A stretch of 63,937 bases of DNA, counting the filler, from Salisapilia sapeloensis CBS 127946 (Eukaryota; Protista; Oomycota): assembly GCA_023334545.1 (NCBI GenBank). It is 9 parts of 9 records of this genome, joined end to end, with 100 filler letters (N's around TTAATTAATTAA, not from the genome) between each part and the next. Parts side by side here need not be neighbours in the genome. Positions count along the whole stretch, not along the records: positions 39,551 to 58,818 come from JAADVB010000311.1; positions 58,919 to 62,658 come from JAADVB010000728.1; positions 62,759 to 63,937 come from JAADVB010001269.1; 6 more parts are not named here. One strand, written 5' to 3'. The notes beneath the pieces were generated by a model that saw only the letters and a list, made by a program, of their open reading frames with translations, searched no databases and had not been told where the DNA came from. The first letter of the stretch is position 1, and every line of letters starts with the position of its first letter. Below are positions 54,701 to 63,937 of this stretch, one piece after another. Made by a program: the position numbers and the translations under genes.

Positions 54701-56934
54701 GCTAGCTCCATCTGCGCCGAGTGTCCTATCGGTAGTATCAGCACGACGTTCGGGAACACCAATTGCTCCGTCTGTCGTGTAGGTCATACGACTGCGAAAC
54801 GAGGCTCGACCGTGTGTGAAGAGTGCCATGTGAAGCCTGATCATGCATACTTTAACGTCCCTGGTAACTGCACATACGCGTGTGAAAAAGGTCGAACGGG
54901 ACTCGACTGCCTCACACCCTTCGAACGACTGTTGAAACCCATTGGTGGTGTCTTTGGCTTCTTGCTCATCGTCGCAGGCGCTGTTTCCATGGTCTTTGCT
55001 ACCTGGGGGTTCGTACGCTACCGAGCATCAAGACATATTGCTACACGCTTTGAGCAGTACAAGAAGCAAATGAAACGAGATGAGCAGTCTTTAACAAGTC
55101 TCACGCGCAACCTAACGCCACGCTTGACTGATCACGATCTAGAAACGCACCTCGTACGCTTGTACCTCGGTGGAGAGAATCGTGTGCAGAGTCCATGGGT
55201 CGTAAACTCCACTTTCCTCCCTCTTCCATTACGTGACTTGGTCTTTGAAGGCGCATTCTCAGCATTTGCAGACAAGTGCAACGCTTTGCTCAAGTGGAAG
55301 AATAATTGGTGGGAAACATCCTTGTACAGGGTCCTCTATTGCCTCCTACCTCCCGTGGGTGTCTTGTTCATGCGTCACCGACAGCTACGTCGAGTGGAGA
55401 AACTAACACGATTCGTGGCACAGTATCGAGGTGGTTTCTTCCGAGAAATCAACTTTCGAGTGCACAGTGCCCACCTCAAGGTCGGCTTCAGTCCAGACTT
55501 TTCTCTTGCGTACTTTGATGTTCTCGTTGCTCCTCGAACTCATTCTTCTACTGGCTCTGCACCGTCCTCTGGTTCGATCGATACGCCTGATCTCATCCTC
55601 GTCGTAGCTGGTAGTGGCTCGTTCTTCCGACCGTATCATCTCGATACGAACGACGTCCTCGTTCGAGCGGTGCCGAGACAACTACATCTTCTTGATCATG
55701 ACTCTTGGCTCGCTTTCGTCGCCGATGCGAATGAATTGCTGTGGAGAGTCCCACAGCCATCGTCTCCTTCTCGACGGGACAAGGCAGCCATGGACATTGC
55801 ATCCATGGTAGACATCGTCTCGGAGTTTAGCGAGAGGCATAGTCACGATGGACTAGAAGTCACGTTTGGGACGTTCTGGGTGTCATCTGCAGCTTATGCA
55901 GACTCGAATGCGAACTGCTTCGTGCCATGGGAGACCGAACGAAGTAGTGAAGTGTTGTCTCAATACAATGAAGATCAGTTCAAGCTCGCCTTTCGTATCA
56001 CGAGACAATGGGGAACGCCATCGAGTGCCATGGAAGAGAGCAAACGAGATGATCACGTGCTATCGAATGACGAACCGGAGAGACACTTGAGCTCCGACCT
56101 TCGCTTTTCAAGTATCCGACGTGAATCTCTATTTGCGGAAGAGTACGCAGCGAAAAGCAAACCTCTGTCTCCTACAAAAGACAAGGAAGGGCATCGACGA
56201 ACATCACGTAGTAGTAGCATTGGTGCATGGATGGAAAATTCGCATCTGCCATCATGGCTGCAGTCTTTAGAAGAGTTTGCCGGTCCAGTCTTCCGCCTAC
56301 GTCATGTACGAGCAAAGGAGTTTCGGATGCAATGGATGCTTGGTACATTCATGATCCTCCTGCTCATGCTCGATCTCGCGCTCGTCTTCTGGGTCTTTGT
56401 CGAGTACTTTTGCGTACAAGTGCAGGACCCTACGTCACACGACTCTGGCTGCTCTCGTGTACGTGCATCCTCGTACTCTGCTCTAGAACATATCTTACCT
56501 GTCGTCTCTAGGCTGCTTTGTGGTCCGTCAATTTATTTCTACCAGGAGGACTAGTCGGCGCACCGATCCTAGGACTAGCTGCTGTCGCGAAGAAGAGCCT
56601 CTTCTACGGAAAGCTCGTACGCTCCCATCGTCTTGCTATTGCTTACTAGTACTCTAACCTATGCATGTGGTAGTTTGTCGTGTGGGACGTAGCTTCTGCA
56701 GTCAACTTTATCGTCGCCTTTGCATGTGGACTCATCTACCAGCGCTACATCCACGCAACAATCATCTTCATCAGCATAGGCGGGCTGCTCATCAAGTACG
56801 CTCTCAAAGTAACAGCTCTCCAGTGTCTCGCTCACTACACGAAAGAGCGTCCGCTACCTGGTTGGCGAGGTCTCTACACGACCGAAGACTGGTATGACGC
56901 AGCCTATACGCCTTTGCTGCATCAAGAAAAGTAA
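51724..56934 (+). CDS. Large Gly-rich, Cys-rich (ephrin-receptor/GCC-like repeats) membrane protein related to the plant At5g11700/At4g32920-type family; multi-exon
   Basis: Signal peptide MMGAVLLFLYLLLSIVIA; GGSYGG/GSGGG/GGAGHGGRGG blocks; CxxCxPGxF repeats; a TM segment; then HLVRLYLGGEN..SPW, WWET and LKVGFSPDFSLAYFD; further TM exons ending HQEK*. Confidence 0.78.
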
Positions 56935-57001
56935 ACAAGTACATGTGATTCCATTTGCATTCCATCGCATGTCGTGTGTATTTGATACCACTCTCGACAA
57001 G

Positions 57002-58138
57002 CTAAAACACGACATCCGAGTCCGTCGTTGGCTCGTACTCGGCCAAGAGATCGCGGTCCGTGGCTCGAGCATCCGCAAACGGATCCCCACCATCCGACAT
57101 ACTAGGAGACTTGGCACCATTCTCCGCCGCTTCTTTTTCTATCGCATTTGATAGCATAAGCTCTAGCATTAACAACATGTCCGAGGAACAAGATACCTGC
57201 AGCAGTACGTCGAGCCAACACTTTACTCTCTTCCTCTGCTTTGAACGACTGGACTTTTTTAATACGCACAAAGTCCTCGCGCTCGAGTTCATCCAACTCG
57301 CGAGAGATGTATGCGATCGTGTTCTCAATGTTCGGAATTGTCACCTACGCTTCTCGTCACTTACATGCTATCATACTATTCGTTCCTAACCAATTACATT
57401 ATCCAGCGCATTCACACGACGGTTCGTCACCTTTAACGCTTCATCCAGAGTCACGAACGACGTCTAGTAGAGCGTTAGATGCATCTATTAAATAAATAGA
57501 GCAGCAAAGGACTTACCTGGAGAGATGCAAGGCGTACAAGCGCATACAAGAGCTTTCGGAATTTCTCACGGCAGTTCTGGATCTTACCTCCACCACCGCC
57601 TAGACCGAGGTTATCGCTCTTTTCATTCCCCATCTCGACGGCAGTGAAGACAGGGAGCTTGACACCAGCGACGTTATCAATGCGGTTCTCCAGACGCACT
57701 TCAGCACTCGATACGGATTCGATCACCTTGTTACGGAAGTCACCAGCGGCATACTGAGCCTGTGTGAGTGAGAAGAAGGCTTCGGACGCTTCGGACGACA
57801 TGGCTAGCTTGGTCTATCCTCAGGACGTTAGTACAAGATAGAAAGTGGTGTATATGGAGGAATACCTGCTGGATCTCACGTAGCATCGCCTGGAAACGCA
57901 TCTTGAGCGCATCAGCCTTCTTCTTTAGCAAGTCGTAGCCTAAAGACGGCAATATGAGACCTCGACGCTTCTCTCAAAGCAGTCGCGATCCTACCTTTTT
58001 TAGCCGCAACGTGCTTCCCTTTGAACGTCGTCAGCGCCCTACATGCGTCACAAGGTTATCCCTGACTGGTCCATCACTAGTACTGGCCGAAAGAAGGACG
58101 TACATGCGCGTGGGCGCTGCCCGATTGCTGCTCGACAT
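57002..58138 (-). CDS. ATP6V1D: V-type ATPase V1 subunit D, multi-exon
   Basis: MSSSNRAAPTRM|ALTTFKGK..AKKG|YDLLKKKADALKMRF, ENRIDNVAGVKLP, RLASLQ, IENTIAYISRELDELEREDFVRIKKVQ and terminal DSDVVF*. Confidence 0.92.
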
Positions 58139-58482
58139 CTCGACTTGGTCCTCGGCCTCTGCGTAGGTGTTTCTAACGGTCTTTCATCCTACTTATACAA
58201 ACTTCAAGTACATAGCTCCAATCCACGTTCAAAACCATGTTGTTCGAGAAAGTTAAGCCCAAAGAAATAGAGCAACCACTAAACAACATACTTGCAGCAG
58301 AGCACATCTACATGTAAGGATACCTACTACATGTAATAGGCAAAGTAAGCTCGGATCAACCTCAAATGAACTCTCTTTCTACCTACAAGTCTCACAAACA
58401 ATAAAAAAACGTCATGTAAGAAACAGGATCTCTATGAGGTTTAGAACGCACGAAAGCTGCGGTCATAAAACAACGAGCCAAG

Positions 58483-58818
58483 ATGCTGACGAGACTAAGC
58501 AGGGCAAGTGGACGCCAGAGTACGCTCTTGAAGCATGCACGCTTCGCCAGCTCCTTCAGAGCTGAAACGGATTCGATTGGCGAGGTCCAGGTCGACAGCA
58601 CCAAGTACTGGGGTGCGCAGACGCAGCGCAGTTTGCAGAACTTCCCCATCGGCGGTCCTCGCGAGCGCATGCCGTTACCGGTGATCAAGGCTTTTGGTAT
58701 CATCAAGAAGACTGCGGCGAGGTACAACATGCAGCAGGGCAAGATGGACAAGGCGGTGGCCGAAGGCATCATGCGCGCCGCCGATGACGTGATCAGCGGA
58801 GAGCTGGATGACCACTTC
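58483..58818 (+). CDS. fumC: Class II fumarate hydratase, N-terminal fragment truncated by gap
   Basis: Transit peptide, then FRAETDSIGEVQV...YWGAQTQRSLQNF.IG...MP..VIKAFGIIKK.AA..N and GELDDHF. Confidence 0.95.
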
Positions 58819-58918
58819 NNNNNNNNNNNNNNNNNNNNNNNNNNNNNNNNNNNNNNNNNNNNTTAATTAATTAANNNNNNNNNNNNNNNNNNNNNNNNNN
58901 NNNNNNNNNNNNNNNNNN
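58819..58918. other. Artificial contig linker
   Basis: N44-TTAATTAATTAA-N44. Confidence 0.98.
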
Positions 58919-59059
58919 TCCAGAAGTGTGGGAAGCGACGGCAGGAACGATCGACTTCCTTCACACACTTGAAGCCCGTGGCATCCTGTGTGGATCGTTT
59001 CCTCACGTTGAAGTCGGCTCGCCACAAGGTGAAGTATTCCCCAGTACAAGCGACAAGAA
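58919..59059 (-). repeat. 141-bp repeat, left copy (inverted relative to 62518-62658)
   Basis: Reverse complement of 62518-62658 with no mismatch seen by eye; runs into the gap. Confidence 0.9.
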
Positions 59060-59390
59060 AGTTGGATTGAAGGATTCTGTAGGTGTTTAAAATGTAGCTT
59101 TTGGATGATAAACAGACGGTTTTGTTCATAGAGTATGCTTTGCAAGATAGATTGATGTGGAAGTTGTGGCGTTTGTAGGAACCGGGAATGGGTTCGAAGT
59201 AAATTATAAGGTTAAACCGCAGTTTTAACCTGCTTCTGAATAAATTACGAATAGATCGGTTGTGATAGGGTGAATTACAGTTCCGTTTATAACTTGTCTC
59301 CACAAATAGTCGACGAGGTAAAGTCAGGTGGTGAGGGAGCAGACCTAGAGCGTGGAAGACGCGAAGTAGTCGTTCGTTGATATAGACACC

Positions 59391-60597
59391 ATGGCAGCGC
59401 ATCAAATGGCAGCGGAGGTACAGCAGCAGTTGCGGCGAATGCCTGGAAATAATGTACGTAATTTTTGATAGTCTGAGCGATGGTAGTCGGCGGTTTTACT
59501 GATAATATGGTGGACGACATAGAGATGCGTGGACTGCGACGCCCCGTATCCGCAATGGGCAACAGTTTCGTACGGCACATTCATGTGCCTCGAGTGCTCT
59601 GGAAAGCATCGTGGTCTTGGTGTTCACATATCCTTCGTTCGCTCCGTCACCATGGACTCGTGGACAGATCGACAAATCTTGCACATGCAGGTTGTCACCT
59701 TTCATGCATTTAACGAAGCTCGTACTGATAATTTTATAGAACGGAGGAAATGAAAAGTTCAAAGAAGCATTCGCCAAGGCTGGCGTGCCTCCGTCCTTGT
59801 CTCTCCAGCAAAAGTACAATACCCCACAGGCAGAGGCTTATCGGAAGAATCTGACTGCTCTAGTCGACGGCACGTCCTCTGTGCCGATGCCTTCGTGGGA
59901 CGCTTCGTGCCTTCAGTCGGCACCGTCTTCCTCTCCATCATCATCCGCTGGAGGAGATCCGAATGGCATGGAAGCGATGAAAGGCGAGTCGGAGCAGGAC
60001 TATGTCGCTCGTCAGCAGCGTCTTCGAGAAGAAGCTCGAGCTCGTATGCAGGCGAAATTCGGGGCGAATGGGATGCAGGGTATCGGTAGCGGCGGAGAAT
60101 CTGCTGCACCCACCCAGCAGACGTCCTTGTCGAGCGTATCGGACTTTTCGAGTGCCATGGGTTTCTTGACAAGTGCGGCATCCGGCGCCGCGACTTTCGT
60201 AAAGGACCAGGGTCTTGGCGACAAAGTCTCGTCCGGCTGGTCCTACCTCCAAACCACCATCTCGGACCCGTCCTTGGCGAACAATGTCCGTGGCACAGCT
60301 TCGACCGGGTGGTCTGCGTTGTCCTCAGGCGCGTCATCCGTCTGGAACACAGCTCAAAGCGCTCTGCAGCAACCGCCTGCATCGAACGGAACCAACTCGA
60401 TGTCAAACGAAGTCCCCTCAAGCAACACGTACAATGGCTTCGGCGCCCCTGCCCCAACCTACAGCAGCTCTAGCTACCAGACACAAGCATACAACCCACC
60501 ACCGTCCGTTCCACCCCCAGCTCCAGTGGCCAAGACGGAGCCGAAAGCAGTGAAGAAGAAGGAGCCGGTGGACTTTTTCGCCGAGTATGGCATGTAG
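59391..60597 (+). CDS. ADP-ribosylation factor GTPase-activating protein (ArfGAP1-like), multi-exon
   Basis: CVDCDAPYPQWATVSYGTFMCLECSGKHRGLGVHISFVRSVTMDSW, GGNEKF and QKYNTPQAEAYR. Confidence 0.92.
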
Positions 60598-60664
60598 GAG
60601 CTGTGATTTTTCAAAAAGAGCTTTTCAGATTATCTTTTGGGTTTGAATCTACTCATCTCTTTCT

Positions 60665-61826
60665 TTAAAGCTGGCGAGCGACTGTGCGCTTCACCGTGTT
60701 GACAATGTCCTCCACCTGCGGGAGGCACATGGCCTCCAGGTTCTGCGCGTACGGCATCGGGACGTCCGTGCCGGCGACGCGCTCCATCGGAGCATCGAGG
60801 TAGTCGAAGGCTTCCGTCTCCATGATGCTGCCGGCGATCTCGGCACCGACGCCGTAGGTTCCCCAGCCTTCCTCGACCGTCACAATACGAGAAGTCTTCT
60901 TGACACTGTCAATGATCGTCTGCGTGTCGAGCGGTCGGATCGAGCGGAGGTTGATCACTTCCGCGTTGATGCCTTCCTTGGCGAGCTGCTCGGCGGCTTC
61001 AAGAGAGAACCCGACCATGCGGGAGAAGGCAACGATGGTCACGTCACTTCCCTCCTTCATGACCTTGGCCTTGCCAATCGGGAGCGTAAAGTCCTTGTCC
61101 AGAACCTCGTCCGACACAGGGAACGTCGTTCCGTACAAGAGCTCACTCTCGAGGAAGACGACGGGGTTCGGGTCGCGGATGGCCGACTTGAGCAGACCAC
61201 GCGCGTCTTCCGAGTCGTACGGCGCGACGACCTTGAGGCCAGGGACCATACCGTACCACGCGGCGTAGCACTGGGAGTGCTGGGCGGCTAAGAGAGTACA
61301 TGTTAGAGATTGAATGACCATCTCAAGTAGACAACAAGGATGGAATGGGAAGGATCGAGTACGTACCAACGCCGGCAGCAGGTCCGTTAGGTCCACGGAA
61401 GACCATGGGGGACGAAATGTCTCCGGAAGTCATGTAGTACTGCTTGGCGCTCGAGTTAATAATCTGGTCGATGGCCTGCATGGCGAAGTTGAACGTCATG
61501 AACTCGACGATCGGCTTGGTGTTGTTGTACGATGCACCGACGGCGAGACCGGTGAAGCCAGCCTCCGTGATGGGCGTGTCCCACACACGTTCGCTGCCGT
61601 ACTTTTCCCACAGACCCTTGGTCACCTTGTATGCACCCTGGTACTTGGCAATCTCTTCACCCAACATGAAGACCTTGTCGTCACGCGCGAGCTCTTCGTC
61701 GAGGGCCGAGTTGAGGGCGTCACGCACAGTAAGTTCATTGCCGCTATTAGAGGCAAAGGCACGACGGGCAGTCGAGACTGTGTTCTTGCGGAGAGAGTTG
61801 GCACGGCGCATCAATAGGGAAGTCAT
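60665..61826 (-). CDS. PDHB: Pyruvate dehydrogenase E1 beta subunit, mitochondrial, two exons
   Basis: [54 protein letters not shown]|AQHSQC and VPMPYA..LE. Confidence 0.96.
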
Positions 61827-62035
61827 CGTTCCGGGTGATTCGATTCCGAAGAATATGTGGTGGAAATGATTCGCACCAAGCAGAATTGGGATCGACATAC
61901 ATTGATCAAGTTTTCAATTTAATAGCACCACTTTCTATTTGAATGTCTGGCACGATAGGGTACGCATTATCGCAATTACGTTGGAACGGTCAATAGATCA
62001 TATATAAAAGTTAGGATTAACAGTTCATGCACTTG

Positions 62036-62416
62036 TTAGACGATCGCGGTCGCATCTTGTCTCTGTAGCTCCGTTACGTCCGCTGCGAAATTATCTGCGC
62101 GACCTTCTTGGTGATGATGAGAATATTCGACTTTGAGAATGGCCAGGATGATGACGACAGCAGCGACACCCGTGCCAATGGCAGTAACTGTCATGGCGTG
62201 ATGCGTGTCAGAAGCGGTGGCAGTAAACGCTGCTCCATCCATCGGCGACTTTATCGTCGCACCCGTGGCGAGTGATGGCACATTAAGCTTGCCTCTAGCA
62301 GGAGATACAGCAAGTGCGCTTGAATCTGCCGAGGGCGAAGAAGTGCAGTAGCCGCGTGCAAAGTGTAGTATCAGGAAAAACAGCAAGTTTAAGCAACGCC
62401 GCCTCAAGTGCTCCAT
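62036..62416 (-). CDS. Small hypothetical type-I membrane protein (signal peptide, Ser/Thr/Ala-rich ectodomain, one TM)
   Basis: MEHLRRRCLNLLFFLILHFARG... and TM segment VTAIGTGVAAVVIILAILKV. Confidence 0.45.
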   Translation of the reverse strand: MEHLRRRCLNLLFFLILHFARGYCTSSPSADSSALAVSPARGKLNVPSLATGATIKSPMDGAAFTATASDTHHAMTVTAIGTGVAAVVIILAILKVEYSHHHQEGRADNFAADVTELQRQDATAIV

Positions 62417-62517
62417 CCCACCTTTGACGGGAAATATTAGACTGCGAATAAAACTGATACTTCTCTTCGGAAAAGAGGAACACTGAAACGGACCCGCCAT
62501 AACATTCTAGAAAGCTA

Positions 62518-62658
62518 TTCTTGTCGCTTGTACTGGGGAATACTTCACCTTGTGGCGAGCCGACTTCAACGTGAGGAAACGATCCACACAGGATGCCACG
62601 GGCTTCAAGTGTGTGAAGGAAGTCGATCGTTCCTGCCGTCGCTTCCCACACTTCTGGA
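62518..62658 (+). repeat. 141-bp repeat, right copy; contains TGTCGC (possible LTR 5' end) at 62522
   Basis: Inverted copy of 58919-59059; runs into the gap. Confidence 0.9.
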
Positions 62659-62758
62659 NNNNNNNNNNNNNNNNNNNNNNNNNNNNNNNNNNNNNNNNNN
62701 NNTTAATTAATTAANNNNNNNNNNNNNNNNNNNNNNNNNNNNNNNNNNNNNNNNNNNN
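62659..62758. other. Artificial contig linker
   Basis: N44-TTAATTAATTAA-N44. Confidence 0.98.
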
Positions 62759-62903
62759 ACTTCATCTTAGTATGGAAAGGTCTAACGACCATTACTGTTC
62801 CTTGTAACTTTGTGTTAGCATCATATGCTCCAATACAAGGCCCCACTTCAAGATCCGGAATGTTACCCCAGCTTGGGATACATTCATATAACTTCCCGTT
62901 ACA
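62759..62903 (-). mobile_element. Second copy of the TGTAACGGG LTR-like repeat
   Basis: The reverse complement aligns to 39164-39308 with a shared TGT terminus. Confidence 0.65.
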
Positions 62904-63093
62904 CTTATAGTCCTTTCTGGACATCTAACAGGATCTATGTCGTTCATTGATGATCTACCTAAGAACAGACTCAATTAGCTCATAATCGAATTCGCCATCA
63001 ACAACTCATGCTCCCCAGATCCTACCCTCAACTACCCTTGCCTGTAATAGAGTTACCGCTCTATTCCTAACCAACCGGTCAACACCGAGTTTT

Positions 63094-63937
63094 GTGACTC
63101 CAAGTTTGTATGTCAAAGAGGATGACTAGGAAAATATATGGTCAACAGCAGTAATTCAGACTTTGTATGTCAACATATATGACTTGGAAAAAATATGGTC
63201 AATATCACTTACTCCACCTTTTTTGTCAACATATACGACTTGGAAATTATATGCTTAAGAGAGGTGACTCCAAGTTTGTATGTCTACATATATGACTGGG
63301 ATAATATATGGTCTACAGCAGTGACTCAGACTTTGTATGTCAACATACACGACTAGGAAAAAATGTGGTCAATATCAGTGACTCAGAGTTTGTATGTCTA
63401 CATATGTGACTGGGATAATATATGGTTAGAAAAGGTGACTTCAAAATTGTATGTCGAGAAGAATGGCTAGGATAATATATGGACAGCAGTAGTGAGTCAG
63501 AGTTTGTATACCACCAAATGTGACTGGGAAAATATATGGTTAGAAAAGGTGACTTCAAAATTGTATGTCCACCAAGGTGACTGAGATAATATATGCCCCA
63601 CACCCGTGACTCCAAGTTTGTATGCCTACGTATATCACTGGGATAATCTATGGTCCTCACCAGTGACTCCAAGTTTGTATGGCTACGTATATGACTGGGA
63701 TAATATAAGGTCAACAGCAGTGACTCAGACTTTGTATGTCAGCATACACGACTAGGATAATATATGGTCAGCAGCAGTGAGTCAGAGTTTGTATACCACC
63801 AAATGTGACTGGGAAAATATATGGTTAGAAAAGGCGACTTCAAAATTGTATGTCGAAAAGAATGGCTAGGATAATATATGCCCCACATCCGTGACTCCAA
63901 GTTTGTATGTATACGTATATCACTGGGATAATATATG
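63094..63937. repeat. 57-bp tandem repeat (minisatellite), about 15 diverged units, continues beyond window
   Basis: Unit starts at 63094, 63151, 63208, 63264, 63321, 63378, 63435, 63492, 63549, 63606, 63663, 63720, 63777, 63834 and 63891. Approximate consensus GTGACTCCAAGTTTGTATGTCTACATATATGACTGGGATAATATATGGTCAACAGCA. Confidence 0.95.

Noticed and set aside
56894-57151. Coding overlap between the Gly-rich gene and the V-ATPase D 3' end
   Set aside because: The Gly-rich gene has a natural stop at 56932-56934, so the extra plus-strand ORF is most likely an antisense shadow.
63094-63937. Possible CRISPR array
   Set aside because: There is no alternation of constant repeat and unique spacer; whole 57-bp units are homologous. 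The context is eukaryotic and no cas genes are present.

Overview
Eukaryotic, gene-dense sequence with short introns (about 55-70 nt). It is most consistent with an oomycete (stramenopile), judged from oomycete-type gene families: a Car/mucin-like secreted protein, a START-like+FYVE protein and an EY(L/V)E..VP membrane family. The window is not contiguous: nine contigs are joined by eight artificial 100-nt N44-TTAATTAATTAA-N44 linkers. It encodes mostly housekeeping genes (ALDH, ARPC2, SCYL2-like, RAE1-like, aspartate kinase, CCT5, EXO1, RPL8/uL2, USE1-like, V-ATPase D, fumarase, ArfGAP, PDH E1 beta, two MATE transporters). Several genes are absent from the ORF track: a P450 tail, an acyl-CoA synthetase tail, an IlvD tail, a histone-fold gene and an LRR gene of about 22 exons. 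There are also LINE/LTR remnants and a 57-bp satellite. The main highlight is a secreted LRR gene (7284-~9985) built from 18 symmetric phase-2 exons, each encoding one repeat; it contains a triplicated 4-exon super-module whose predicted ligand-facing residues are hypervariable. Other highlights are an unusually long, structured RPL8 intron with a second 5' splice site and a stop-containing cassette (candidate autoregulatory AS-NMD switch), a stand-alone bacterial PheT-type tRNA-binding domain with a transit-peptide-like N-terminus, a ThiE/TenI-like gene starting 14 nt after the EXO1 stop, and a contig bounded by identical inverted 141-bp repeats. All calls come from manual reading and translation; no database searches were run.
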